A DNA stretch of 64,000 bases from Chiloscyllium plagiosum (GCF_004010195.1 NC_057719.1:18869159-18933158), one strand, 5' to 3'; shown: positions 49,859-61,875, counted from the first letter of the stretch. Made by a program: numbers and translations. Notes: generated by a model not told the origin, from the sequence alone.

Positions 49859-51832
49859 CACTTTAAAATATTTGCTTCTGATTCATTAAGCCAAGTGGTT
49901 AAAAAAACAAAATTCATGTGTTTATGCTTTTACAGTGTAAAGGATTATGTATGTTTTACAATGTAGAGGATTATGTATGTTTTGTAGATTTAAAGTGGAC
50001 ATTAAAATCGGTAACCTATTGCTGACAGCCTCCTTTTACTGGTTGAGAAAACAGACTGCAATTATTTCAACTTTGCCCTTGCTTCGACCCTACTTCTACA
50101 TTCTCCATATCACTTGCTGACTTTGCAAGCTTTTAAATGGAATTCTATCTTCCCTGGTGTCAAACTGACCACCCTGGACTAGTGCAGCCTTCAGGAGATC
50201 ACAGGAAGCAGGCATAGCTATGGTATCCATTTCATTCAAGTTCAATAACAGTCACAGACCATCTCGATAACCTGTCCTAAAGCACCAAGTTTTAAAAATT
50301 CATCCTTTCAGTCACTAATTAAACCTTAATCTTTCCTCCTGTCAATAAGTCTAACCAAAATCAATAGAGAGCCAGATTATTACTGACACTTAGAGCTGTT
50401 CTCAAGGCTGGCAGGAAATATATTCATGGCACTGGGTCAGCTCAAATGAAGGCGAGTGGACTTTGTGTTTGTTGAATGGTACAGTCGGCAGAATTTGAGT
50501 ATCCCTGTGATGATTCTGGTTTTTAATTGGCCAAGAAAAGCACTATGAATTTCAGAAAATAGTACAAACACAATATATCGTGAACCGCTATCAATACAGG
50601 GTCAGGCAGACATCATCTTACCACAATCTTCATCCTGGCTTTAACTCTTCAAGGACTACATCAGCACCATGCGAAAATATTTATAAATTTAGTTATTCAG
50701 GAAATATTTCTTTGCAGCAGTGAGTCAAATGCTCAGCAACAGTTGATATTTGTTAGATGGCTGTAATTTGACCAGCTGATCAGTAGATAGCAATTCCTGC
50801 TGGTGTTTCTCATTTTGAATGAGAGGTGTTTTCACAATATCAACCAGAGTGTCCTGGACTGTGTCCAAAACTCAAAACAGCTCCACATGTTTTCCAATGT
50901 AACTTCAAAAGAAGTTGTATTTTATGGTCACCCGCAGCAGTGGCCGCATTCAGTTTGTAATTCTTAGGTACCTGACTACTTCAGAATGTCAGCTAGCAAC
51001 AGAGAAAACGCAGGAGCAGTCTCTACAAATGTTATGAGCTTCAGACAGGCATCAGCAAAATATTTTTGTGAGACTTATTGTTGCTGAGTATTTTAGAGAA
51101 TCTCTGTCTTGTTTGATTTCTGCTTAGCAGTATTCTACAAAACACCTCAATATGTTATCAGTACTTGTGAAGGGGTATAGGGATAAATAGGAGACTAATT
51201 GTATAAATCTTTGGAGAAGTACAGATGCTATGGCACAAATGGCCTCCTTCTGTGCTCTGAGAGTCAATGGGCTAGAAATTAGTTTGTTTCTATTTGGTGT
51301 CTAGCTGTTTTGATTCAGAATCAGCCCTTGCCCAGTGCTAATAAGGCAGGCAGCATGCTAAATTCATTCAGCTTCCTCATTTAAGTGGATTTGGTGTGTA
51401 GCCAAGTATGACCCATGCTGCTGGCAGGTCAAATGCTGAACAGGAACTCAACAATATGGTGGCTAGCATATTTTCCAGATAGCCTGTGCATCTTAAGAAT
51501 GCTTGCACCAGTTTCAGGGGAGCTGCTGCTTACTGGCTATAACTTAAGTGGCTATGAAGGGAAGGTTAGTAAATGGAGCAACAGGAAAGACAAAGGGTTT
51601 CAAGGCACTCTTAGCTCTGGTGAATTCTGGGCTATAATTATTGGCTCTAACCTTTCAGACCAAGTTGACCTCAGTACTCCAGTGTTGGCCTTTGCCCATC
51701 CTTAGCTCACCCATTCAGCAGAGATCCCAGACACAACTAAACTTTTTTTTGCTATCAAATTGCCAAAATTCTGATTGCTTTCTGTTTATTCATTTCTTTT
51801 GCATTATGCAGCAATACAGATGAGATCTGAAG

Positions 51833-51961
51833 GCGAACATGAGGGCTGCAGATGCTGGAGATTAGAATCAAGATTAAAGTGGTCCTGGAAAAGCACAGCA
51901 GGTCAGGCAGCATCCGAGGAGCAAGAAAATCGACATTTCAGACAGGAGTCATTCATCAGGA
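51833..51961 (-). mobile_element. Penelope-like family A ~130-nt unit
   Basis: 15-bp TSD agatgagatctgaag (51818-51832, 51962-51976); ends ttcatcagga. Confidence 0.85.
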
Positions 51962-52913
51962 AGATGAGATCTGAAGTCCAGTTATAGATGTGTTTGTCTT
52001 TAGGCACTCGACAAAAACATATCCCTTTGTCTGTTTGATTGCTATTTGGATTCAGCTAGGTGAAAATGCCATTATTTGAGTACTAAAGGTGAAAGCCTTG
52101 GAAGTTTCACAATCCTAACCCTATCCTAGTCAACATTCTGCACAAATTGAAAGCATTTCAAGTTGCCTCATTCACATAGGCTGTAAAGATCACAAATTAT
52201 GTTTCCTCACATGAATGAAACATTTTGGAGCTTACTCAACACTTGTTTTGTTTGAAATTATTAGAGACAAAATAAAAAAATTTGTTACTTTACATGTGCA
52301 GAAAAAAATGTCATTGAAATAGGAGTAACTACATCACCTAACATGAACTAAGCTGTCAAGCCTTTATCAGTCTTTTTATTTTTATGTCTAAACAATACTC
52401 AGGTTTATTACTCCTACACCTCCTTTATAAATCTGGGACTGAGAATGTAAAAGTTAAATTGTTTCTTCTTAAAAAAAATTACTTGCAGAATGAATGGCTG
52501 TTAAACAGCAGTTAACAAGAGGCTCTCAGAGAGGTGAATGTTTAAAAGGAATTTATCGTTAAATGTGTATCTAACAAATGCTCACGAAATACAAAGCAGT
52601 TCCTTCTGCTCCACTCTGCCTTCTGTTGACATTAAAGCTGAACTACACAAATATACAGCTGAGCAGACTTTTGTTCAAAATTGATTTACCTGTGAATTAT
52701 TGTGGTCTGCACACATTACAGCAGTCTTGGTACTTCCAGTTTCTGTGAAACTCTAAGTCAATTTATCTGAAACAATTGCAGACTCATTTGCTCACCATCC
52801 AGCCTGTGAAAGACCTGCTGAAATATATTGATAGAGATTCTTTCGTGGAACTACAATGTTGTCAACTTTGAGATCACTTCCAAAGTCAATGAGTACATCA
52901 CCTGCACTTCTCC

Positions 52914-53555
52914 TGGAGTGATTGTAACAAGGTCAGCCAGCCAGACCTCAAAGAATATGAGTTCCCTAATTGGGGCTGTTAATCTGATCCAATCAGGGAG
53001 CTCTGGCTGACAGATAAAAAAGACAGTGTCAGCCCAGGTGTCCCTGGAGAAGGAGCATGCGGTGTCCACCAACACCCTTGAGCTGTTCAGGGAGACGTGG
53101 GCACTATGTAGAGTGGTGTGCTTTATTTCCCCCTCCAACTCTATTTTGATTTAATCCCTGCCCTCCTCTTCACGTTTTTTTTGATCAGTCAGCATTGCCC
53201 TTTGATGAGAAGGTTACTGCTTATTATTAGCTAATTGGGGTGCTTCCTTTCTTCCTGGTGGTGGAATATAAATAAAGATTTATGCACTTGTTTGTTCTTC
53301 GCTGTGTCCTACATCTGCATACACATGACATGGGTGCTGGGGAAAAATAAGCCTGACCGCTGTTAGTAATGTGGGGGGAGAAAAAAGAAATAAATAAGAA
53401 ACAGGACTGTCAGGGGTAAAAATAAAATAAATAAAGGGGCATGTTAGTGATGCTGACACTCTGGTACCTCACTCTGAATGAGGCAGTACTAAAGCCAAGG
53501 AATGTTCATGTGTAAATAAAGGGTGACTTGGTAACAGAAACCTACCCCTAGGAAG
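52914..53555 (+). mobile_element. Solo LTR (same family as 41259) interrupted by a Tx1 fragment
   Basis: gaatatgagttccctaattggggctgttaatctg and catgtgtaaataaagggtgacttggt are shared with 41259-41494. Confidence 0.8.
53032..53435 (+). mobile_element. Tx1 (L1-clade) LINE 3' end
   Basis: AQVSLEKEHAVSTNTLELFRETWA..CFISPSNSILI* (53032-53154) resembles Tx1 ORF2 C-termini; A-rich tail. Confidence 0.7.
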
Positions 53556-54784
53556 TAAGTTTACTTCCAAGTCACCAGCCACCCCAATTTGGAAATGCAT
53601 TGCTATACTTTCACTGGAACTCCCTTTAGATTGTGGGAGCATCACTACTACATTGACAGCAATGGATCAAGAAGAAGGCACACCATTACCTATTTTGGTA
53701 AGTTCGGTGATAGGAAATGGTGGCCTTTGCCAGCAGTTACCTACATCCAGGGACTGAAAAAAAATTAACTCTTATTTGTTATTCAACCCTTCTCTGATCT
53801 GAGTCATCATCTTTGTCAAGGCCTACACCTCTCAGTAATGCATATTATATGAACTTACTGACCCATTTACATGCTGTGTTGCATAAAGTAGTACTGAGAA
53901 AAAAGCCTGTCTGTCAACTCCCTGACACAGCTTCAGGGTCACTAACACTAGCTTTTCATTACCGGTTTAGGAAAAATCAGATTTCAACTTCTGAAACAGC
54001 AAGGATGCAAATCGAACTCATATTTTCTGAATTTTTAGTCCACCAAGTTATTGCATTGATCCCTTTATTAGGTATTACTATAGCCAAATCTGCATAAACT
54101 GCGTGCATTGATACAAAGGCTTTCTAATGTCTTAATGGCACAGGAGTGTATCAAGGTTCTGTTCCCTAAGGCTTGCCTCTGTTCACACTTCATTTTCAGT
54201 GCAGTTTATTTTGAGCACAAGAAGGCAAGTGATTCACTTGGTTTTATAGCAGCAGCCACATACTGTGCTGCCAATGATTCACAGATACTTCTTCATACAC
54301 ATAGCCTTAACTTTACACTTTCACATTCTCACCAAGCTCCAAAGAAGCCAGTAACATCTTATTCCTATCCATTGCTAATGGGCACATATGGTTCAACATC
54401 ATATTTGTAGATGCCCTAAACCTGTCTTCAAGATGCGTGAGGAAGTGGTCCTGTTCTTTGTTATGTGCTGTATTTCAATCAGGATGGCTGGCAGAATAAT
54501 ATGCTCAACACATAGCCTGAGAATGCAACAAGAAGAAAAGCAAAATACAGCAGATCCTGGTAACCTTCAGCAAGTCACGCAATATCTGGGTGAAGAGTAA
54601 CACAGAACAATGACCTCTCAGCAGAATTGGGGAATGTTATTGATGTAGCAGATTTCAAGCAAGTACAGAAACAGGGATGAAAGGGACAAAGAGCAAAAAG
54701 AATGATCTGTGAAAAAAAAATCAGGTGAAAGGCAAGAGAGATGAAATGACAAAATGGATAATGGCGTGGAATAGAATGAGACTG

Positions 54785-54955
54785 GGAGAAAGTGAGGACT
54801 GCAGATGCTGGAGATCAGAGTCGAGAGTGTGATGCTGGAAAAGCACAGCAGGTCAGGCAGCATCCGAGGAACCGGAGAGCCGACGTTTCATTCTTCGATT
54901 CTTCTGCACCTCGTATGCTGCCTGACCTGCTGTCCTTTTCCAGCACCACACTCTC
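54785..54955. mobile_element. Penelope-like family A inverted insertion
   Basis: 15-bp TSD with 2 mismatches aa(t/c)agaatgagac(t/a)g (54770-54784, 54956-54970). Confidence 0.82.
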
Positions 54956-55439
54956 AACAGAATGAGACAGCGATGTAAAGTAATGCACTTACACAGAGCT
55001 GATTCTGCACTGTTACCAAGAGTGGCACTTGTCGGGAGTAAATGGCACAGACCCACAGTCTGTCATTCATTTTAATAAACACCAAGTCACAAGCTTTATC
55101 ACCATAATGTGGTGCCTCACTCACTATTTGGAACATGGGGCTTCACAGAAATCAGAATTGGACAATAGTTCCAGTGTTCTGAAGTTATGAGGAAAACCGA
55201 TTAGAATCAGTGGTGTGGTGAGTTTATCTTGCTAGTAATTTAGAAATGAAGAAGAAAGAGCAATTGACTTCCAAGAGCTTTGGGTCAGTATCTCACCATA
55301 TCTGGATGATCTAACATGGCATGTCCAACTGGACTTCATGGTTTGTTTGATTTTATTAAGTGGTTGAGGAATATTTGAAGAGACTATAAGACGGACTTTT
55401 GTGGTCATACTCACAGACTAAGCTAATTAAAGTCTGCAA

Positions 55440-55665
55440 TGAAAGGTCCAATGATGACCATGAAACAGTTGTTGATTATCAGAAAAGCCGATCCGGCTCC
55501 CTCATGTCTTTTAGGAAAGGAAATTGGCCGTCCTTACCAGATCTCTCTAGCCTACATGTGACTCCAGGCCAACATTAATGTGGTTGACTCTGAACTGTCC
55601 TCTGGGATGGACGATAAATATTGGCCTAGCCAGCAACATCTAAATCCGATGAATGAATTTTAAAA
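55440..55665 (+). mobile_element. SINE (ggttcactaatg family) 3' part
   Basis: gccgtccttacc..cctacatgtgactccag..aatgtggttgactct..ggcctagccagc..atgaatgaat. Confidence 0.75.
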
Positions 55666-55872
55666 AGTCCAAAGGTGTGCAAGTTTGGTGAATTTGCCAT
55701 GCTAAATTGCCCATAGTGTTCAGATATGTTTAGGTTAGCTGCCTGCAGGGTCCTCCAGGATTACAGTGATAGAATAAGGAGAATGGGTCTGGGTGGGAAG
55801 TTCTTTGGAGGATTGGTGCGGACTTGTTGGGCCAAATGGCCTGTTTCCATACTGTGGGGATTCTATGATTCA
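55666..55872 (+). mobile_element. HE1-type SINE 3' half
   Basis: gtgaatttgccatgctaaattgcccatagtg..ggcctgtttccatactg..ttctatgattc. Confidence 0.8.
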
Positions 55873-56969
55873 GTGAAAGTATCCAAAATTTCTCTTTTCA
55901 CCTCCTGGTCATTGGCAAGTGAAAAGCAGAGTGATACGAAATAAAGAGGATACTGCTAGCTCCTTGGCCCCTCAAAATTGACTCAGGACCCATGAAGTTT
56001 CATAGTTTCAGGTTAAACATGAGAATTAAAACTTACCATTGATAACCAGTTGTTGCCTTTCCCTGGCTGATAACTCAATACTGCTCCTTGTTGAACACTA
56101 CCAGCAGGAAGTACTCAGCATCATCAAGGCTCAAAATATATTCTGTTTGGGGCATTTCAATTCTTATCAGCAGCAGGAACTTAGTCATACCATCAGTAGC
56201 TGAGTGAGCCAAGTCCTGAAGGACATACTGGCTTTGCAACAAAAACCAAAGCAAGGAATTAACCAACTTATACTCAGGGTGGAATATTTCTAACTCCTGA
56301 ATGACATGCACCACAATGAGAAGTCTGGGAAAATCGGAACGATGATAAAAAAAGACTTCCATTTTCCAACCAAGCACAGTGTTGAGCCGAGATCTTGCTC
56401 ATGAACAGCACGATCTATTAACAGGGTCAATCTCTCGTGAACAGCCTCATTATTGCTTAATCTCATCTCATTACAACACCCTCTACCATTCCACCACATG
56501 GCACATAGAGAGATGTCGAGAATTCCTGATGTGAAAGTCAGAGCAGGCACGTAACAACTTCAGTTTGCCTTAGCTCCTCCAGACCTCCATCTTGGACTCC
56601 CAGCACCAACATCCGGGGCATTCTCTACGATCACACGATCAATGTCCACAAATCTTGACGTGCAACATGTTCCTTGCCACATCTTCCTGGCACATCTCTG
56701 ATCAGGTTACAGAAGCACAACTGTACTTCGCATTGCAATTCTGCTACATGGACATTTAGTGCGCAGGATGGGCACAGAATTCCTGGACTGGACCAAAGAG
56801 CATCTTGGGTGCTAGCTTGCTCTCTCAGCACACACTTGCTTTCGATCGACCTTGATACTCACGGCGCCTCTACTTTGTCTTGTCTTTCTTGTGGGTGATT
56901 TTCTCCTAGAATGAGAAAAAAGGAGGGATTGATATAAATGTGAGTGACTCCTGAGTAAGTACATAGGAG

Positions 56970-57176
56970 AAAGTGAGGTCTGCAGATGCTGGAGATCAGA
57001 GCTGGAAATGTGTTGCTGGAAAAGCGCAGCAGGTCAGGCAGCATCCAGGGAACAGGAGAATCGACGTTTCGGGCATAAGCCCGTTCCTGAAGAAGGGCTT
57101 ATGCCCGAAACGTCGATTCTCCTGTTCCCTGGATGCTGCCTGACCTGCTGCGCTTTTCCAGCAACACATTTCTAGC
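56970..57176. mobile_element. Very young Penelope-like family A hairpin insertion
   Basis: 83-nt arms 57000-57082 and 57095-57177 with 1 mismatch; 14-bp TSD taagtacataggag (56956-56969, 57177-57190). Confidence 0.92.
57083..57118 (+). ncRNA. Minimal type I hammerhead ribozyme motif
   Basis: gttc-CTGAAGA-agggc-ttat-gccc-GAAAC-GTC-gatt. Confidence 0.7.
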
Positions 57177-57351
57177 TAAGTACATAGGAGGTAGAGTGGT
57201 CATGCAGTATTAGTGGTGTTGGGGGGGATTGGGTGGGTGAGAACAAGTGAGAGAGATGTTGCATACAACAGTGGTAGAGCATGAGCTTTAGTGGGGAGTG
57301 GGTGCAGTAGCAGAAAAAGAGTGATAGTGAGAGAACGGGGGAGGGTGGCAG

Positions 57352-57560
57352 CACTTACCCTAGTGGAGTGAGGAAGCTCATTGACCTTTTTGTGACATGC
57401 TGAGAGTTTCTCTAGACAGTTCAGACTGTATTGATGCAACTGGCAAGCTGAAACCAGGTTGGCAGAGTCTAGTGTCGTGGTTTCCTCTGTTAGTCCTGGA
57501 AGAAGAGGATGAATTTTCTCTGCACCATGCCCCGGGCATCAATTTTCCCTGACCTGCCAT
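57352..57560 (-). mobile_element. Harbinger-type Myb/SANT gene first-exon relic
   Basis: Minus MAGQGKLMP..MVQRKFILF..TWFQLA..CHKKVNELPHSTR then the donor GTAAGT. Confidence 0.65.
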
Positions 57561-57614
57561 GTTTGGGGCAAATGTCATAAGCCGTGCAGGGCAGCTTCAG
57601 ACTAACACTTTAAT

Positions 57615-59918
57615 GGAGGCAGTGGCCTAATGATATTATCGCTGGACTGTTAAATCAGAGACTCAGGTAATGTTCGACGGATCTGGGTTTAAACCTCACC
57701 ATAGAAGATTATGGAATTTGAATTAAATAACAATCTGGAATTAAGAGCCCATTGTCCATTGTCGGAAAACCCATCTGGTTCACTAATGCCTTTTAGGGAA
57801 GAAAGCTGCCATCCTTCCGAAGTATGTGTACATAAGGTCCGGGCAACTGATGACACACGAAGCCTTGGAAGAATATCGGGAATGTAGGACCAATCTGAAA
57901 TGAGGAATTAAGAGGGCTAAAAGGGCTCATGAGATATCCTTAGTGAGCAGGGTTAAGGAAAGCCCCAAAGCCTGTTACTCATATATAAGGAGCAATAGGA
58001 TAACTAGGTAAAGGGTTGGCCCACTCAAGAACAAAGGAGGAAAGATATGTGTGGAGTCACAGAAAATGGGTGAGATTCTTAACGAGCACTTTGCATCGGT
58101 ATTCACTGAGGAGAGGGACATTGGTCATGTTGAGGTTAGGGATAGATTTTTAATTACTCTAGGTCAAATCAGTATAAAGAGGGAGGAGGTGTTGTGTATT
58201 CTAAAAGGCATCAAGATGAACAAGTCCTCAGGTCTGGATGGGATCTACCCAGGTTACTGAGGGAAACGAGAGAGGAAATAGCTGGGGCTTTAACAGGTAT
58301 CATTGCAGCAACCTTGAACATGGGGGAGGGCCCAGAGGACTCCAGAAGTGTTAATGTAGTCCCCTCATTTAAGAAGGGTAGCAGCAATAATCCAGGTAAT
58401 TACAGACCTGTGAGCCTGACGTCAGTGATAGGAAAGCTACTAGAGAAGTTACTATGGGATAGGATATAGATCCATTTAGAAGACAATGAACTTAACAGTG
58501 ATAAGCAGCATGGGCTTGTGCAGTGAAGGTCATGTCTTCCAAACTTAATAGAATTCAGTGAGGAGGTAACTAAGTTGATTGATGAGGGAAGGGATGTAAA
58601 TGTCATATACATGGACTTTAGTAAAGCATTTGATAAGGTTCCCCATGGTAGGCTGATGGAGAAGATGAAGTCACATGGGGTCCAGGCTGTTATAGCTAGA
58701 TGGATAGAGAACTAGTTGGGCAACAGGAGACAGAGAGCAGTAGTGGAAAGGAGCTTCTCAAAATGGAGACCTGTGACCAGTGGTAGTCCACAGGGATCGT
58801 GCTGGGCCCACTGCTGTGTGTGATACACATAAATGATTTGGAGGAAGGTATAGGTTACCTCATTAGTAAGTTTACAAATGACACTAAGATTGGTGGAGTA
58901 GCAGATAGTGAAGGGGACTGTCAGAGAATACAGTAGAATACAGATAGATTGGAAAGTTGGGTGAAGAAATGGCAGATGGTATTCAATTTGGTCAAATGCG
59001 AGGTGATGCATTTTGGAAGATGCAATTCAAAAGCGAACTATACAGTAAATGGTAAAGTACTGGGGAAAATTAATGTAAGAGAGATCTGGGTGTTCAGGTC
59101 CATTATTCCCTGAAGGTGGCAACACAGGTCAGTAGAGTGGTCAAGAAGGCATATAGCATGCTTTCGTTCATTGGACAGGGTATTGAGTATAACAGTTGGC
59201 AGGTCATGTTACAGTTGTAAAAGACTTTGGTTCGACCACATATGGAATACTGCATATAGTTCTGGTCGCCACATTACCAAAAGGATTTGGATGCTTTGGA
59301 GAGGATGCAGAGGAGGTTCACCAGGATGTTATGATTTGGAGTGTTGCGTGGTATGGAGGGTGCTAGCTATGAGGAGAGGATGAGTAAATTAGAATTATTT
59401 TTATTGGAAAGAAGGAGGTTGAAGGGAGACCTGATTGAGGCCTTCAAAATCATGAGAGATATAGAAAGGGTGGATAGAAGAAACATTTTCCTGGAGTGGG
59501 GGACTCAATTACTAGAGGTCATGAGTTCAAAGTGAAAGGGAAAAAGTTTCAGGAAGATATGCGGTTAAGTTCTTCACGCAGAGGGTGGTGGGCGCCTGGA
59601 ATGCGTTGCCAGCGGAGGTGGTAGGGAACGATAGTGTCATTTAAGATGTATCTAGGCAGATACATGAATGGACAGGGAGCAAAGGGATACAGATCCTTAG
59701 AAAATAGGCGACCGGTTTAGATAGAAGATCTGGATTGGCACAGGCTTGGAGGGCTGAAGGGCCTGTTCCTGTGCTGTAAGGTTCTTTGTTCTTTGTTCCT
59801 TACTTGGTCTGGACTACATATGACTCCAGATCCAGTGATTCTTAACTGCCCTCTGGGATGGACAATAACTTCTGGTCTAGCCAGCGAAGCCCATGTCCAA
59901 TGAGTGAATAAATAAAAA
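57615..59918 (+). mobile_element. SINE (ggttcactaatg family) split by a CR1: 57615-57817 and 59797-59918
   Basis: Head ggaggcagtggcctaatg..gccatcctt resumes ccttacttggtctgg..gccagcgaagcccatgtccaatgagtgaat. Confidence 0.8.
57820..59797 (+). mobile_element. CR1/HER1 LINE, ~2 kb, 5'-truncated
   Basis: [51 protein letters not shown]; tail (gttcttt)n. Confidence 0.93.
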
Positions 59919-60737
59919 CTGTTAGCATTCATACTGCCTCATTCTCATACTTGCAGAATTTCAACCAGACTTGTATTGAGCCATGTGTTCCTCAGAGTTA
60001 TTAACAAGTTAGCTCACTGAGTAACCAAAATGACTGATCTTGAGCTGGGAAGGAACTTGAGAAAAATACAATCAGTCAGGTGATTGAGTCTGTTTTAGTA
60101 GTCCCCAAAAATGACTGTTGCAACTGTTATTTGGCTAACTGTAAGTTGGGTTTAGGTAAGGTGGGAATTACTATAGCTCCAAAATATGGCTAATGATTCA
60201 TGTAACATTTGAAGACAAATGTCATTTGTTAGTTAGAATACTGGGAAATAAAGATTAAATGAAATAATAAAATGCACTGAGAAGGGGAGTCAAGAAGTAT
60301 AACTAAGACATGCAGGATAGTTAGGAAAGTATTTGTGTTTGTAATTTACATTGAATATCATTGTAGTAAAACTACTTCAGGCATGTAAAAGTCATTAGTC
60401 CCAATTTTAATACAATATACTTGGTGCAAATAGGATCCAACTGTGGATGTAAGTTGCTCGCTGAGTTGGAAGGTTCGTTTTCAGACAATTCGTCACCATA
60501 CTAGGTAGCATCATCATGAGCCTCCAGTGAAGCACTGGTCTTAGTGACCCGCTTTCTATTCATGTGTTTAGGTTTCCGTAGGTTGTTGATGTCATTTCCT
60601 GTGGTTATGTTATTTGCTATGGTGATGTCATTTCCTGTTCTTTTTCTCAGAGAGTGGTAAGTGAGGTCCAAGTTTATGTTTGTTGATAGAGTTCCAGTTG
60701 AAATGCCATGTTTCTAGGAATTCTCATACATGTCTCT

Positions 60738-61451
60738 AGGAGAAAGTGAGGACAGAACCCCACTGGTCCTCACCTACCATCCCACCAACCGCCAGATACA
60801 TCGTATCATCCTTCTTCATTTCCGCCACCTCCAAACAGACCCCACCACCAAGGATATATTTCCCTCCCCTCCCCTATCAGCATTCTGGAAAGACCACTCC
60901 CTCCGCGACTCCCTCGTCNNNNNNNNNNNNNNNNNNNNNNNNNNNNNNNNNNNNNNNNNNNNNNNNNNNNNNNNNNNNNNNNNNNNNNNNNNNNNNNNNN
61001 NNNNNNNNNNNNNNNNNNNNNNNNNNNNNNNNNNNNNNNNNNNNNNNNNNNNNNNNNNNNNNNNNNNNNNNNNNNNNNNNNNNNNNNNNNNNNNNNNNNN
61101 NNNNNNNNNNNNNNNNNNNNNNNNNNNNNNNNNNNNNNNNNNNNNNNNNNNNNNNNNNNNNNNNNNNNNNNNNNNNNNNNNNNNNNNNNNNNNNNNNNNN
61201 NNNNNNNNNNNNNNNNNNNNNNGACCTCTCCGTCCCCACCTCCTCTCCGGCCTATCATCCTCACCTTAACCTCCTTCCACGTATCGCATTCCCAACACCC
61301 CTCCCCCATGTCCCTCCTCCCTACCTTTTATCTTAGCCTGCTTGGCACACCTTCCTCATTCCTGAAGAAGGGCTTATGCCCGAAACATTGATTCTCCTGC
61401 TCCTTGGATGCTGCCTGACCTGCTGTGCTTTTCCAGCACCACATTTTTCAG
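60738..61451 (+). mobile_element. Penelope-like family A element (ORF remnant, UTR, hammerhead) spanning the gap
   Basis: DRTPLVLTYHPTN..RHLQTDPTTKDIFPSPPLSAF..SLRDSLV; hammerhead-like motif at 61362; TSD ctcatac(a/g)tgtctct (60723-60737, 61452-61466). Confidence 0.85.
60919..61222. other. Assembly gap (304 N)
   Basis: Run of N. Confidence 1.
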
Positions 61452-61689
61452 CTCATACGTGTCTCTGTTTGGCTTGTCCTAGGATAGATGTGTTGCCCAG
61501 TCAAAGTGGGTCACTAACACCAGTGCTTCACCAGAGGCTCACTCACGATATTACCTAGTATGGTGATGAAACATCTGAAAATGAACCTTCCAGCTCAGCG
61601 AGCAAACTTACATCCAGAACTCAATCTGAGCTACAAATCTTCTCAAAGCTCACCAATTGGTTCAATTTATCATGTGGATTTCAATGGAG

Positions 61690-61875
61690 GGGAGGTTGGT
61701 TAGCTCAGTTGGCTGAACAGATAGTAAGCCATGAGCTCAATTCCTGCACCAACTGAAGTCACTATGAAGGGCCTACCTTCTCAGCTTCATGCTGTGCCTG
61801 AGATGTGGTGACCGCCACTAGTCACCTCTCTTTCTAATGAGAGGGTGATCCTCTTAGGCAATAGCTACTTAACAT
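61690..61875 (+). mobile_element. tRNA-derived SINE
   Basis: ggttggttagctcagttggctg head; ctcaattcctgcacc B-box-like. Confidence 0.7.

Larger units (their letters stand above)
60444..61652. mobile_element. Penelope-like family D (Poseidon-type) inverted insertion, hosting a family A element
   Basis: 60444-60550 is the reverse complement of 61508-61615; homologous to 32119-32512. Confidence 0.85.

Noticed and set aside
49920..49982. 26-bp tandem duplication
   Set aside because: Ordinary local slippage duplication with no further structure.
10663..57176. Palindromic inserts as MITEs or pre-miRNAs
   Set aside because: Arms are asymmetric, TSD lengths vary (7-18 bp), and the same sequence occurs as the 3' end of PLE ORFs (37221, 60738), which fits retrotransposition.
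60730..61336. Long ORFs near 61 kb
   Set aside because: Their length is an artefact of reading through the N gap.
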